This document shows, piece by piece, positions 10,169 through 23,765 of a stretch of DNA of 64,000 nt (position 1 is its first letter; every line of letters begins with the position of its first letter). The notes under the pieces were generated by a model, which saw nothing but the letters and a program-made list of their open reading frames with translations, searched no databases and had not been told where the DNA came from. A program made the position numbers and the translations under genes. The stretch spans positions 36,125,803-36,189,802 of the forward strand of contig JASCQW010000150.1 in assembly GCA_030264375.1 (NCBI GenBank), read 5' to 3'. The stretch comes from Carcharhinus longimanus. Lineage: Eukaryota.

Positions 10169-13130
10169 GTAAGTGACTGGAAATCCCCTTGAAACTAGCT
10201 GTGTGAGTTTAGAAAATTAGAAATTAGTTACTAATTCAAACTCAGTTATTTCTTAGTAACTACTTTTTAATTGTCAATTTTACAATGAAAGTGCTGACTA
10301 CATGTTTACTCTCCAGCACCAGTTCAGTTAATTATTGCTGTGTTTCTCGATATTGCTCCTGGATGCCTCAATTTGTGCTGCCTGTGACAGCGGTGTTTCT
10401 ACATATTACTACTATTTTTAATTAATCAGTGAACTAATTTTACAATATCTTTCCAACATTTCCAATGAAAACTGATCTTTTCTAACAACTGGTGCAGATA
10501 GATTTTTGACCAATTTCTGGTGCCATTTTTCCTAAAATCTTATTGAAGAGCAAACTTGGAGAAAGGGATAAATTCTGTTTCTCCCTCATTGTTAGGCTAT
10601 TTTGTTCAACAGTTGTGGAATCTTCTCACTATTGGGTGCATTGGGATGGCTTGAATCTAAAAAAAATTCATTTGTGTAACCCCTTTAACATTATTTTAAA
10701 GGACTGTTATTGAAATGCCACTAAACACAACAGCCAATTATTATTCAGAAGTACTTTTTAGCAGTGTTGTTTCAAAGATTACTGACCAGCACACCAGGAT
10801 CTATCATATCCACCTGAAGTGCATAAGACATAGGAGTCATTTCAGAAAATCTTTTTCCAGGGAATAAAAAGACTACTACTGTGTTCACTTAGCATTCACT
10901 GATGTGTTGATCTTGAGCTAGTTCCAGACTCCATGTTTCCAATAGTCCACTCTCATTCCTGACTTTTTCTAGTATTCTGTGACCGTCTGTGTTGCTTCCC
11001 ACACCACTGATGAACTTAAATGTTTAATTAACTTTGCTTTCAGTTTCTGCCTTTCCTGCATCCATAGTGAACTCTTCCATTCTTTACTTGATTTCTGTGT
11101 CTCCATTTTTGAATATCAGCTATCAATCCTTATCCACCATAAACCGACTATCTCTCACAGCCACCTTGCCATACTTCTTGCGACCCTATTTCTTAAGAGG
11201 ACTCCATGCTAATCTTCCAGCTTCTCCTGACCAAAAAAGTCATTTCAGACTTCACAGATGCTGCCAGACTTGCTGAGTTTTTCCAGCACTTACTGTTTCT
11301 GTTCCAGTTTCTTTGTCTCCTTTTTAACTGTTGTGATGATGCCACCCTTTGTAGCAGTGTCTGTATGTTTTCCTTTTTCCTTAATCTGCTTCCCAACAAT
11401 TTATGCCGTCCCTCAAATGTAATAAACACACCCAGGCACTTAACAAGAGTATTATAAAACAAAATATGACACAAAGCCACATAAAGAGATTTTGACCAAG
11501 CCATTTTGAGGAGTGTCTTAAAAGAGGAAAGTGAGACACAGAGGATGAGGGAGAGAACTGCAGAATTTAGGATCTTGAAAGCGAAGGGGCATCCATCAAT
11601 TATGCAGCAATTTCAAAGTGGGCATTTTCAACATCCGAGACAAGGCCAGTATTTGTTGTTCATCTCTAATTGCCCCTGAGAAGCCACCTTCTGGAATCAC
11701 TGAAATCCATAAGTTGTAGATATTTCACTGCTCCCCCCTCCCCACTGTGAATGTTTATAGAACGGTTGCATTCTGGTTCATTCCAAACACTTTCAAACTA
11801 GGCAGTTGATCTTTTTCTCAAATCAGGGAAAGACGAAAGGACATTTGAAATTTAAACAGACCGTCATTTCCCCAACAGCTGCTTCCACCCGCAGCCAATC
11901 CCACCTTCCTGCACTGTTTGAGAGACCTTCGACCCCTCTGGCACCATCACATTCAACTCTCCAGCCTCTGAAGCACAGTGTCCTATTAAACTCCACACAC
12001 TGTCACCTTGTCTCCCATTCACAGTCTCCTTGTTCATGCTGAAATTTTCCTTCCAACACCCATCAAAAGAGGTTCCATTCTTCAATTCCTCTGTTTTTCC
12101 CTTCCCTTCATTCTCATTCATTGACCTCATTGCTGCTCTGAGTCTTGTTACTGTGATTCTATTGGTTGCACATCCTGAGCCAGAAGGTCAGGTTTTGTGG
12201 TGAATTCACTGCAGTGGTGATTCTCTCTGTAACTGGACACAGGATTGACACTGTGGTGAAAGATTTGCTGGTTTTGTGCTCCATGTTTGTCTTTTGAGTG
12301 TTACTATCCAGACCTCGTCCTTCACTGCTGGCTCAGTGTGGGCTGCTCCTGGTTGTCATATTGACACTGAGCCTGTAGCTTCATGTTGCTGCATCATGTA
12401 CATTTCTGTGTGTCATTCAGCACTTGACAGTTTTTCTTTCTTTTAGAAAACACTTTGCAATTTTCTATTTCTAACTTTGTGTAGTTGGATTTTGAGAATC
12501 GTCCTTCCCATTCCCACAGGCTCATGTCTAGGGAATTGTGAGCCCTCTTATCTCTTTCCAACTGACCGTTCATCCCTGATTAACCAGTACAGTGAGTATT
12601 GGCGAGTCATTGAATTATTAAGAATCTACTCCTGTCCTCATCTCATCCCTACAACTGACCCTTTCAGTCAGGCAGGATGGGAGCATCCAAAATGGTCACT
12701 GGGTATCAGGTAGGAAAGAGGCTGTTAGTATTTTTGACCTCTCCAAAAACAGGCTAAATGTATGTGCAGTGAAACATCATGACAGACCATTGACCAACCC
12801 TGGGATGGAGAATGAAATGTCCCTGCTACATTCACCCGAAGTCAACAATTTCACATTGACTGGGGATAGTATCTGGGGTCCGGAGGTGAAGGTCCCACAG
12901 TGAACGCTGCTCTAATCCACAGAGTCAGCAGGAGGATACTAAACAATAACTTTTACATCAAAATTAGTACTTCCTTTTTAATTTTAGATTGAACCTAAAT
13001 AATCATCCAATAAACTTCTGGGGTCCATTATAGGAATAGCAACATTTCAAACCTGCTTCAATCAAACTCTGAAATGATCCCAAGTTTTTGTCCAACTTCA
13101 TACAAACTTGTTTTCTGTTTCTGATTACAG

Positions 13131-13453
13131 CTCAGCAACTCCCTGCCCCTTCAGTGAAACTGCTGGGACCTTCAGCCGATGAGCTGTCCACTAAAGGAGC
13201 TGGCNNNNNNNNNNNNNNNNNNNNNNNNNNNNNNNNNNNNNNNNNNNNNNNNNNNNNNNNNNNNNNNNNNNNNNNNNNNNNNNNNNNNNNNNNNNNNNNN
13301 NNNNNNNNNNNNNNNNNNNNNNNNNNNNNNNNNNNNNNNNNNNNNNNNNNNNNNNNNNNNNNNNNNNNNNNNNNNNNNNNNNNNNNNNNNNNNNNNNNNN
13401 NNNNNNNNGCAGCTTCAAAAACAACCGCAACTGCCTCACAATCCAACTGTTAA
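13131..13453 (+). CDS. Ig light chain constant exon, sigma-type (centre 13205-13408 unsequenced)
   Basis: Acceptor ctgattacag|, phase matches the J donor; AQQLPAPSVKLLGPSADELSTKGAG..AASKTTATASQSNC*; the gap preserves frame (~107 aa); terminal Cys. Confidence 0.88.
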
Positions 13454-13811
13454 ATAGATGGAAGTTTCATTGTGTCAGCTGCCTGAGTAATTAGAATCAC
13501 TTTATCTTCCTGCACCATTATCCATCCTCTTGCCTGGTACCTGCTGCATTTCATGTTTCTCTTTGCTTTACCTGATTCTGCTGTATTATTTGAATTGTTT
13601 GTATCTGAGGCTGGTTTTGTTCAGTCTCTCCCATTGCAAGAGGCTCTACCAGGTTTAATGTGACCCTGTAATTTAGCTCCAATCAGGAATCTGAGTTGAA
13701 AATGGGTTCTTTCCTCAGCAACAGAACTGGATTAATGATGATGATTGATGAAGGCAGTTTATTATATCAACAGCATCAAACTGACAATGGCTGTCACTGA
13801 GAATATTTTTC

Positions 13812-13817
13812 AATAAA
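13812..13817 (+). promoter_or_regulatory. Probable polyadenylation signal of the IgL transcript
   Basis: AATAAA ~360 nt after the C stop, followed by a GT/T-rich stretch. Confidence 0.6.
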
Positions 13818-14299
13818 GAGAATCCTGTGCAAAAAATACTTGTTCTGTCAACTTGTGTTCTCTTTCCCATCCCTAACCCCACCAAATGGTCTAAGTGTGA
13901 GGAGACCAAGGCTCAGGGTTCTGTTTCCATCTACTGAAGTGTTGTGGCAAGTGGGGGAATAGATCAGAATCTTCTAACAATTATTGGGTGTGAGATTTGG
14001 GTTAGGTTTCTTCAGGGTTGTCATTGAAACAAGAAGTAACTAGGTAAACCATACAACTATGGACAGTCTTATGAAGAACCATAATGGTAAGCTTCCAGAG
14101 GCCACAGTAGTGGAAAAATTAACACTTTCCTTGAGATTTGAACTCATAAAGGAGAGCCAAGGTTTGTGTGGCAAATGTAAATTGAATGCTTAAACAAGGA
14201 ATTGTTTGATGAAGAAAATGCAGAAAAGTCCCTATATGGAGTTTCAAAAAGGGGTAAGATAAACTTGCTAATAAAATTAGCAATTACGATAGGATAAGA

Positions 14300-14602
14300 G
14301 AGGAATTGGCGAATGTTGATTGGGGGAGCGCATTGGAAGGTAGGTCTGCTACAGTGGAGGATCTTTAAGGAGATCTTTCTTGGTGCTCAGCAGAAATTTA
14401 TTCCGATGGTTAAAAAGGATCGTAGGANNNNNNNNNNNNNNNNNNNNNNNNNNNNNNNNNNNNNNNNNNNNNNNNNNNNNNNNNNNNNNNNNNNNNNNNN
14501 NNNNNNNNNNNNNNNNNNNNNNNNNNNGATCTTATTGAATGGTGGGGCAGGCTTGAAGGGCTAGATGGCCTACTCCTGCTCCTATTTCTTATGTTCTTAT
14601 GT
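14300..14602 (+). mobile_element. Young CR1/HER1 LINE collapsed into a ~100-N gap
   Basis: QWRIFKEIF..AQQKFIP before the gap; tail gatcttattgaatggtggggcaggcttgaagggctagatggcctactcctgctcctatttcttatgttctt after it. Confidence 0.75.
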
Positions 14603-16209
14603 AATTAGTGGGACTGTGACAATATGGAAAGGATAGAATACCCTTGGTTAATGGGTGCTCATTAGCTTGGAGGGAGATGTATAATAATGTCCCATAGAGC
14701 CCAATGTTGGCTCCATTAACTTTGGTAAATATTAACAATCTGTATTAACACTGGGATTATAATCTCAATTTCTGGTTAGCACAATTGAAGAATGTGGTTA
14801 ACTATGAAGAGACCTGTGTGCAACTTCAGAAGGATATAGACTGGTTAGAAGATGAAGCAGTTAGATTCAGTCCCTCAAGTCTGTTTTATTGTTCTATTTG
14901 CTCCTTGGTCATTTGTACCACAATTTCCTTTACCTGTGTTTAATTCGTACCCTAGGGTGCCCTTCCCTAATGAAGTAAAACGACAATCCCCAATTTTCCC
15001 CTAGCACTCCAGATATTTGGGGGAATGAATTTCAGATTTCCATTACATTTTGTGTGGAAAAGTGCTTCCTGACTTTTCTCCCAAACGGCACAACTCTTAA
15101 TGCATCCCTCTTCTGGATTTTTGCCACTTGAGAAAATAACTTTTCCAACCTAACCATCTCTTTAACTTTGCAAGTTTCGCAGTTATATATTTGTGTCCTA
15201 CATCATCTAATCAATTGCTACTAGTCTCAATCAACAGTTCACTACCAATCAGAATAGATTGAAGGTTTCTTAAAACTGCTATTCATCAGAGCAGCTCCAT
15301 TACCCAAACTGTTTCACACAGAATGTAATACAATATAAACTAAATTTATAATTTATAAATTAAATGTTGAATTTAAACATTAAAATGTTTAATTTTTAAG
15401 CATTAAAAATGTTTAGTGTATAAATGAAAACATTTAAATGTTTTTTAAATGACATTAAAAAATGCCATTAAATGTTTGAATTGCAATTGAAGGTAATTGT
15501 TTAACTGGCTATGTCACAGGTAAGATATACAACTCTTTGTTTTTTTACATAACTTGATGTGTTTGATTTATCTCCCTCCCTAAGATAACCTCAACGTTTA
15601 TCTTGCACCCCACTGCCTCCAGTTTATTCCTCAAGATCCATAGCTATTTTTTCAAATGCTTTCTATTTCTATCCTACAACCAAATTTCTGATGCACTGGT
15701 AGCTTTGCTCTGAAGCCACTTCCTGGGAGGGCTCAATAGAATTCTGGGGTAACTCTCCACTTTCTCTCTAAAACACTCAGGATCGCAGCCCCATGTCCCA
15801 ATTCTAGATAGTGAAGGTGTTTTGATTATTGCTCACAGAGTGAATCTGTCACCATGTTCCTGCAGAGATCAGAGGGATGTGTGGGGAGGATGCTGTCCAT
15901 GACATGTCCTTCCAGCCAGACTCCTTGATATTGGCATTTTATCTGTGGGTATGATATTACCTGTAAACGTGCCAGCAGACCTATTTGGTGAGCCTCTCTC
16001 CTCAAACATAGTAAGGCTTGCTGAACATTGATAGCAGCCACTCCGTTGCTGCCACTATCCACCCTGAACCCTCTCACTCAATATCTCGCCTCACAATGAA
16101 GTCTCTCCCTCACTCTCCCTCCCTCTCCCTCCCTGCTCTGTAGCTGCTCTCTCCCCTGTAGCCATCTCTTCCCATTCCTTCACTCCCTTTTTAAAATGAA
16201 TGTTTTACA

Positions 16210-17900
16210 GGGTGTGGCTGTCATTTATTGACCATTGCTTGAGAAGGCAGTGGTGAACCACCTTCATGAACTGCTGCAGTCCATGTGGTATAGGTACACC
16301 CATGGTGCTGCTAGGGAGGGAATTTCAGAGTTTAATCCAGTGACAGTGAAGGAACAGTGATAAAGGTCATAGTCAGGATAGTGTGAATCTTGGAAGGGAA
16401 CTTGAAGGTGATGGTGTTCCCATGTGTTTGCTGCCCTTGTCCTACTAGGTGGCAGAGGTCACATGTTTTGGAAGGTGCTATTGAAGGAGTCTTGGTGGGT
16501 GCTGCAGTACATCTTGTAGATTAAACACACTGTTACTAACGTGTCAGTAGTAGAGGGAGTAAGTACTGAAAGTGTTGGATGTGGTACCAATCAAATGGAC
16601 TCCTTTATTCTGGATGGCGTTGAGCTTCTTGAGTGTTGTTGGAGCTGCACTCAGCCAGGCAAGAAGAGAATTTTCAAATACATTCCTGACTTGTGTCTTT
16701 CAGATGTTGGACAGGCTTTGGGGAGTGAGGAAGTGAGTTACTTGCTGCAGAATTTCCAACCTTTGATGTGCTCTTGAAGTCACGTTATTTAGGTGGTTGA
16801 TCCAGTTCAGTTTCTGGTCAATGGTTAATTCAAGAGTGCTGATAGTGGGAGAATCAACAATGGTAAAGCTACTGAATGTCAAGGGGAGATGGTCAGAATC
16901 TGTCTTGTTCCAGATCGTCATTGTCTGGCACTTGTGTGGCACAAGCATTACTGTCACAAGTGATGCTGGACATTGTACAGTCATTGGCAAACATAAGCAC
17001 TTCTGCCTTACAATGGGGGAAAGATCATTGATGAAACAGGTGGAGATGGTTGGGCCTAGGACACTATTCCGAGGAACTCCTGCAGTGATGTCCTGAAACA
17101 GACAATTGGCCTCCAATCCCCACAATCATCCTCCTTTGTGCTAAGTGTGACTCTAACTAGTGGAGAGTTTTCCCCTTAGATCCATCGACTCCAGTTTAGC
17201 TTGGACTTCTCGAATCAAATGCTCCCTCTATGACAAAGGCAGTCACTCTCACCTCACCTCTTGATATCAGTTATATTGTCCATGTTTAGGTCAAGACTGT
17301 AATGAGGTTTGGAGCAGAGAGACCTTAGTGGAACCCAAACTGAGAGTCAGTGAGCAGGCTATTGCTGAGTAGGTGCTGCTTGTTAGCATTGTTGACAACC
17401 CCTTCCATCACTTTATTGATGATTGAGACTAGATTGATGGGGTGGAAATTGTCCAGGTTGGCTTTGTCCTGATTCTTGTGGACAGAACATACCTGGGCAA
17501 TTTTCCACATTGGTGGGTGGATGCCAGTGTTGTAATTGTACTGGAAAAACTTGGCTAGGAGTGTAGTAGTTTCTTATCTACAAATCTTCAATGCTATTGT
17601 GGAATATTCTCAGGACCAGTTTTGCATTAACTGGTGCCTTCAGTTGTTTCTTCATGTGGAGTAAATTGAATTAGTTGAAGACTGACATCTGGATTCTGGA
17701 GACCTACAGATTAGGCCAATATGGATCATCCACTTGGCAGTCTTGGCTGAAGGTGGTTATAATGCTTCAACCTTGTCTTTTACGTTGAAGTGCTGGGGCT
17801 CCCCTATCTTTGACAACAGGGAACATTTGTGGAGCTCCCTTCTCTGGGTAGTAGTTTAATTGTCCACTACCATTCATGACTGGATGTGGTGAGACTGCAG
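16210..17900 (-). mobile_element. CR1/L2-group LINE reverse transcriptase relic
   Basis: WKIAQVCSVHK..PINLVSIINKVMEGVV..SQFGF and ITAGVPRNSVLGPT..FINDL in minus ORFs. Confidence 0.85.
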
Positions 17901-18384
17901 AGCTTAGATCTCTACCTATTGTATGACCTTCCACCGTATGGCGTGCAACTTTTGCTGTGCTTTAGCTTCACCATCTTATCAATCTTATCCAAAATAGTAT
18001 CAGCTAATTTGCAATTCAATCTCTTTGCCTTGTCTTCCAGACTTCACCTCCTGTCCAAACTTATCCATCTGTGAACTTGTTATCACACTGCCAGGAAACA
18101 AACCAAAATATTCTAACTGCATCACTATTGTGGATTTCTCTTCCACAAGCTATTCAACTGTAGGTGGCATCACCACCATATGATCTTCTCCACTTTCTAA
18201 TGACTTTAACTGCCAAACTTTAAGCTAGAATCCTCTGTCACTTTATTTTCTTTTCTCCTTTTCTAACTTCACTATTTTCAATTCCCTTTACTTTTTTTTC
18301 TCTCTTGCCTTTCTGCCTGTTCATGCTCACTCCTTTTTTCTCCATTTCTTGCTTTCTTGATTCTCACAGCTACAAGTTAAAACA

Positions 18385-18596
18385 CCATCCAACTCTAACA
18401 TACCTCGGAGTGACTCTAGATAGGACACCAACCTTCCATGAACACCTAAAAACAACTGCAGACAAGCTCTAAAACAACTTGATTGCTAAACTAGCTGGCT
18501 CAATGTGGGGTTTTGCTACCACCACCCTCTGAACCTCAGCACTCGCACTCTATTACTCAGTAGCTGAATAGTGCTCCCCTGTTTGGTCAAGATCAT

Positions 18597-18633
<37 letters not shown>

Positions 18634-19140
18634 TTGATACCCAGCTGAATGTTACCATATGTACATTACTGAAACACTACACTCAGCGCTAATCTCTTGG
18701 CTCCCTGTCCTTGTAAACGTCAGTCCTCCATGGTTCCACTGACTTGCAACAGCCCATAAACTTGACAGAAAAAGTTTGCAATTGCCCCCATCTTCCATTA
18801 GATAATGATCTATTCAGCCCATCCAAGGTATGACTCCCATCAAGAAGATTGATCTGAAAAACCGTTCCACACAGGACGTCAATGCAAACTTCACCTGGAC
18901 AAATGATTGGGAATCATTGGACACGAGAAACTAGTACCTGGTCTCAAACTTAACTCAATGGCTGCCTGGTTTTAACCTTCCAAGGAAAGAATGGCCCATC
19001 TTCAAAAGTTCAGGGCTGGCCGTGGCCCTTGCTTAGCTACCCTCCACAGATGGGGCATTAGTGCCAGGCCTGTAGGAGAGAAGAAACTGTGCATCCAATC
19101 CATAGACTCAGCGGAGGCCTAACTGCAATCAACACAACAG
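18385..19140 (+). mobile_element. I/Jockey-group (Vingi-like) LINE 3' fragment with internal (CA)n
   Basis: TYLGVTLDRTPTFHEHLKT..KLAGSMWG..TSALALYYSVAE..PVW; (CA)n at ~18599-18630. Confidence 0.6.
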
Positions 19141-19237
19141 GACTGGGAGAAGCATCTTGGTTTCGGGACATTGTATTTGCTAAATAAAATTATCATTCTC
19201 TTCCAATTCAAGTTTCTTTCTTGCAGTCGTGTAAAGT

Positions 19238-19535
19238 GGAGGCAGTGGTGTAGTGGTACTGTTGCTGGACTAGAAATCCGGAGACCCAGATCCAGGATAA
19301 TGCTCTCGGACCTGGGTTCAAATCCCACCACTGCAGAAATTTGAATTCAATAAAAATCTGGAATTAAAAGTTGATTGCCACAAAAATGGTCACTAATGCT
19401 CTTTAGAGAAGGAAAACTATCATCCTTATCTGACCTACATGTGACTCCAGATCCATAGCAGCAGACTCTTAAATGCCCTCAGGGATGGACAATAAATGTT
19501 AGCCCAGCCAGTGATATCCACATCCCAGAAACAAA
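19238..19535 (+). mobile_element. tRNA-derived SINE (second family)
   Basis: A/B-box-like head (ggcagtggtgtagtgg..gggttcaaatccc); tail similar to the 3' end of the LINE at 16210. Confidence 0.65.
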
Positions 19536-20199
19536 TACAAAACACTGACCTTAGTCCTCCTGGAGAAGCTGGTCTCTTGGGTATTGCTTCCAATTTCAAA
19601 TTAGCAAGTAATCCTAATTGCAATTTATCTTTTGTTACCTTTTGTAAATCTTCCAGGTTTATATTTCCTACTCCCAGACAAGTTTTAGCAATTGCCGAAA
19701 CTATTTTGTATTCACCCACTTTAAGAACAAAGAGAACAAAGAACAAAATCAGCCCGGGAAACAGGCCCTTCGGCCCAACGAGCCCACGCCGCCATCTCAA
19801 CACCACCAGTCCACCTCTCTACCCATGACCCCTGTCTAATATTTTATGGCCATCCATAAAGTCGCATAATACCTCTCCTGGTTCAGTATTTTCCTCACCC
19901 TTGTTGCCTTTAAATTCATCAATTCCAAGACAATCAAAGAATTATTCTTCTAATATCCCGCAAAGAGACTCCAATTTAGTTCAGGGCATGGCTGATAGTA
20001 AACACCAAGTTGTTCAGAGCCCAGAAGGGGAACTTGAAACAACTGCCCTCACATTTGTGTTTGCTATTTATATATTATGCGGAGAGGTTTTGAAATCCAG
20101 AAATGATGTCCCCAACTGCTTGTGAGGATCTTATAGAAAACGTTCATTAAGAAATAATAATAAAACAGAGTTACACTTAAATAAGATAATGGTTTCACA

Positions 20200-20905
20200 A
20201 TAAATGGGGAAAGGCTTCAGAAATCTAAAGCACAAAAGGGACTTGGGACTCCTGGTTCAAGACTCTCTTAATGTTAACATACAAGTTCAGCTGGCAGTTA
20301 GGAAGGCAAATTCAATGTTAGCATTAATTTCTAGAGGGTTAGAATACAAGAACAGGGATGTACTGTTGAGGCAGTAAAAGGCTCTGGTCAGGCCCCATTT
20401 GGAATACTGTGAGCAGTTTTGGGCCCCATACCTAAGGAACGACATGCTGACCTTGGAGGGGATCCAGAGGAGGTTCACAAGAATGATCCCAGGAATGAAG
20501 GGCATGTCATATGAAGAGTGGTTGAAGAGTCTGGGTATTTACTCGATGGAATTTAAAAGGATGAGGGGGGAATCTAATTGAAAATTACAGAATACTGAAA
20601 GGCCTGGAGAGAGCGGACATGGAGAGGATGTTTCCACTAGTGGGAGAGATAGGATTCGAGGGCACGACCTCAGAGTGAAGGCACGCCCCTTTAAAATGGA
20701 GATGAGGAGGAATTTCTTCAGCCAGAGGGTGGTGAATCTGTGGAACTTATTGCCACAGAGGGCCAGGTCATTGAGTGTCTTTAAGACAGATAAATAGGTT
20801 CTTGACCAACAAGGAGATCAAGGATTACAGGGAGAAGACAGAGGATGGGGATGAGAAGACTCGATGGGCTGAATGGCCTAATTCTGCTCTTGAATCTTAT
20901 GGTCT
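20200..20905 (+). mobile_element. CR1/HER1 LINE 3' end
   Basis: LEYCEQFWAPYLRNDMLTLEGIQRRFTRMIPGM and tail gatgggctgaatggcctaattctgct. Confidence 0.88.
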
Positions 20906-21189
20906 GATAATTCAAAATATTTCCAAACAATCTTAATTTAACTACATTCTCCATCTGTTCAGCAACATCTTATAGATTTTAAGATCCATAAAAGTTCAGT
21001 AACTTTTATCATACACACTGTGCCTTTAATTTTTGTTGTGGTACCCTGAGGCGATCCGCAATTGGCATTTCAGATCGGGTTCTGTTCACACTGCTTTCTT
21101 GGAATTTGGCAGCGATTTCTGCTATCTGCTGAGATCAAAAACAGCCCCTTCATTGGTTTCAGTTTTTCCTTAAATACATTTCTTCCTTT

Positions 21190-21465
21190 TGGTGGCAAGT
21201 AGTTAACATTGCTGCCTCACAGCGCCAGGGACCTGGGTTCAATTCTCGACTCAGGTCACTGTCGGTCTGGAGTCTGCACATTCTCCCTGTGTCTGTGTGG
21301 ATTTCCTCTGGGTGCTCCCGTTTCCTCCCACAGTCCAAAACGCATGCCGATTAGGAGTATTAGCCATGTTAAATTCTCCCGTAATAGGAACTAGATTTTC
21401 ACAGTAACTTCACTGCAGTATTAATGTAAGCCTATTTGTGACACTAATAAATGAACTTAAAACTT
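21190..21465 (+). mobile_element. HE1-like V-SINE
   Basis: gctgcctcacagcgccagggacctgggttcaattc..tttcctcccacagtccaaa..aagcctatttgtgacactaataaa. Confidence 0.85.
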
Positions 21466-23174
21466 AAATAAGGAGGTAAGGGAGAAAGGAAACGGACAAG
21501 AAGGAAACAGGAAGGGTTTGTACATATTAATTGTACATTTTACATGTAGTCTTACTCTTCTCTCATAATTTCTTCACATATGTCAAAGTCTCAAAAAATC
21601 TTCAGTGATTTTAAAAAGCCAAGCTAAAAGTCTGCTGTACCAGCAGTGGTGGAACATGGCTCCAGATTTTCAATCTGCATTGGATTCTGCAATATCTGTC
21701 AGTCATAGTTCACATCAGCTCACATAAATTAAGTAAAGCATTGAACTTTCCTAAAGTATTTGAAGTAATCACTGAGGCTTGTAAGGATCAACATTACATC
21801 AGGCAGTCTTGCTTAAAATACATAGTAAAATCTAAATGCACTTTCATTGACACTTATTACATACATTCCAAACACACCCTATCCATGTATGTGGGTCATG
21901 TTTCTTGTGCAGGATTTGTTTTAGCAGTTTGTGCTATTATTGTGCCATTTTATCAGCAGCCCTGTTGTTACTGCAGCAACATGACTGATCTTAACTGTGA
22001 AAATGTTTGTTTTAAATTGAACTAATATGGGGTTATTATTTTAGTGTTTTTGCCTGTTTTTTTTCAGTGTGGCTTGAATAGGTTGATTGACAGCAATAGC
22101 ATGTGACTAGGTGGTGCTAGGCTTACACTGAGAAATCAAGTCAGTTGCTATTTTGGAAGCTGCAAAGTAGCCATCTCTCTCTCTCTGAAGTCTGAAGACT
22201 GGGATCTACCAGAGACTGGGGGCAAATTTTACCATCCTGACTTCCATGGGAATTGGAGTGGGTGAGGGGCTGACCATGGAAAGATCCATTGACTTCATGC
22301 AGGATTTTTTGGTTTTGGGGCAAACAAGGCTGGAAATTCCCAGCAACCTCAAAAAGACTGGTGAGTTTGGTGAGTCCTCAGAAGATACTCTCTCAGGTTG
22401 TCTAGTTTGTGGTCTCCAATATGAGGCTATCTGAAGAAGACTGCTTACTGAATGTGCTTTGACTTTAAAGACAGAGAGAGAAATCACAGTGTCAATGGAA
22501 TTGTCTGCTAAAAAGACTTCATAAATTGGTGCAAGAATAAAGATCCACAAGTTGCGAACTGTCCATAAGAAGTCAAAACAGCAACAAGCATGTCATAGAC
22601 TGCCAAAATGAGCCATGAATGCTAGAGCTAGAAATGTCAATGCAAAAATTCTGGCAAAATGGGTCACATTGTAAAAGCTTTTTGGGCTAGACCAGCTGAG
22701 AAGAATATTCAGAAGAAGAATCTGGGTGCCTTCAAGAAGAATAAGTTGCATTCTACAAAAACAATTGAAACATCGAAGAATTGTGACTGTTGTATCTTTA
22801 GTTCCTGAGACCAAATACCAACAAAAGCTGATGAATCTTTCTTTAAAACCAGCTGACATGATTTTAAGGCCATATACAATAGAGGTAGGCAGGATTTTCC
22901 AGCTGTGCTCACCCCAAAACTGGAAAATCCTACCCAAAGACAACGGATCTTTGCATAGTCTCTCCCCTTCCCCTGCTATGATTCCTGTGGCAGGCGGGAT
23001 GGGAAAACTTCCCCCATTGTGTCATTTAAAAGTTACATCATGGTCAACATAAAGTTGAGTGGACAAACAATGGAATTGATTCCATGTGGTCTGTGGTAAT
23101 TTTCCAGCTCCATTTGGGAAATCACGATTGGAGAAGATAAAGGTTAACTGGATTGCTGTCAACAGACTGGCCAA

Positions 23175-23485
23175 TGGGTGGCACAGTGGTTAGCACTGCT
23201 ACCTCATAGTGCCAGGGACCCAGATTCAATTCCAGCCTTGGGTGACTATCTTTGTGAAGTTTGCACATTCTCCCCGTGTCTGCGTGGGTTTCTTCTGGGT
23301 GCTCAGGTTTCCTCCCACAGTCCAAAGATGCGTGGGTTATGTTCATTCGCCATGGTAATTTGCCCCTTAACACCAGTGGGATTAGCAGGGTAATACTTGG
23401 GATTACGGGCTAAGGCCTGGGTGGGATTGTTGTTAGTGCAGGCTTGATGGAGTGAATGGCCTTCTTCTGCACTGTAGAGATTCAA
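23175..23485 (+). mobile_element. HE1-like V-SINE
   Basis: ggcacagtggttagcactgct head, V-domain, CR1-type tail gaatggccttcttctgcactgta. Confidence 0.85.
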
Positions 23486-23510
23486 TATCAAAACAGATCT
23501 ACAGGACTTC

Positions 23511-23660
23511 CTGGATAAATACAAGAATGTATTCAAAGAGACACTTGGCTCAATGAAGGGAGTTCAAATGAAACTCAAGACAAAACCTAACAGTCAACCA
23601 AAACGTCTCAAAAGCAAGAGCGGTGCCATATGCAATTTGTCCAAAGGTCAAAGAAGAACA
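23511..23660 (+). mobile_element. Ty3/Gypsy pol fragment
   Basis: LDKYKNVFKETLGSMKGVQMKL..P..K/ARAVPYAICPKVKEE, typical of the region before Gypsy RT. Confidence 0.65.
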
Positions 23661-23765
23661 TTCCCAAGCAAGTAGCCTGAGCAACCAACATGGCGAAAAT
23701 TCTAAAGCAATTCTTGACAAAACTGAACTTGTTCAGATTCCCTGCTGTAGTGGAGACAGTAACCC

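Noticed and set aside
9431-13453. T-cell receptor or heavy-chain interpretation
   Set aside because: No D segment, a single C exon ending in Cys-stop, no transmembrane exon, and a 12/23 arrangement all fit a light chain
15330-15490. AT-rich quasi-palindromic tract 3' of C as a matrix attachment region
   Set aside because: Low-complexity sequence only; no independent support
23175-23250. tRNA gene
   Set aside because: tRNA-like heads here and elsewhere belong to SINEs and continue into the V-domain and LINE tail
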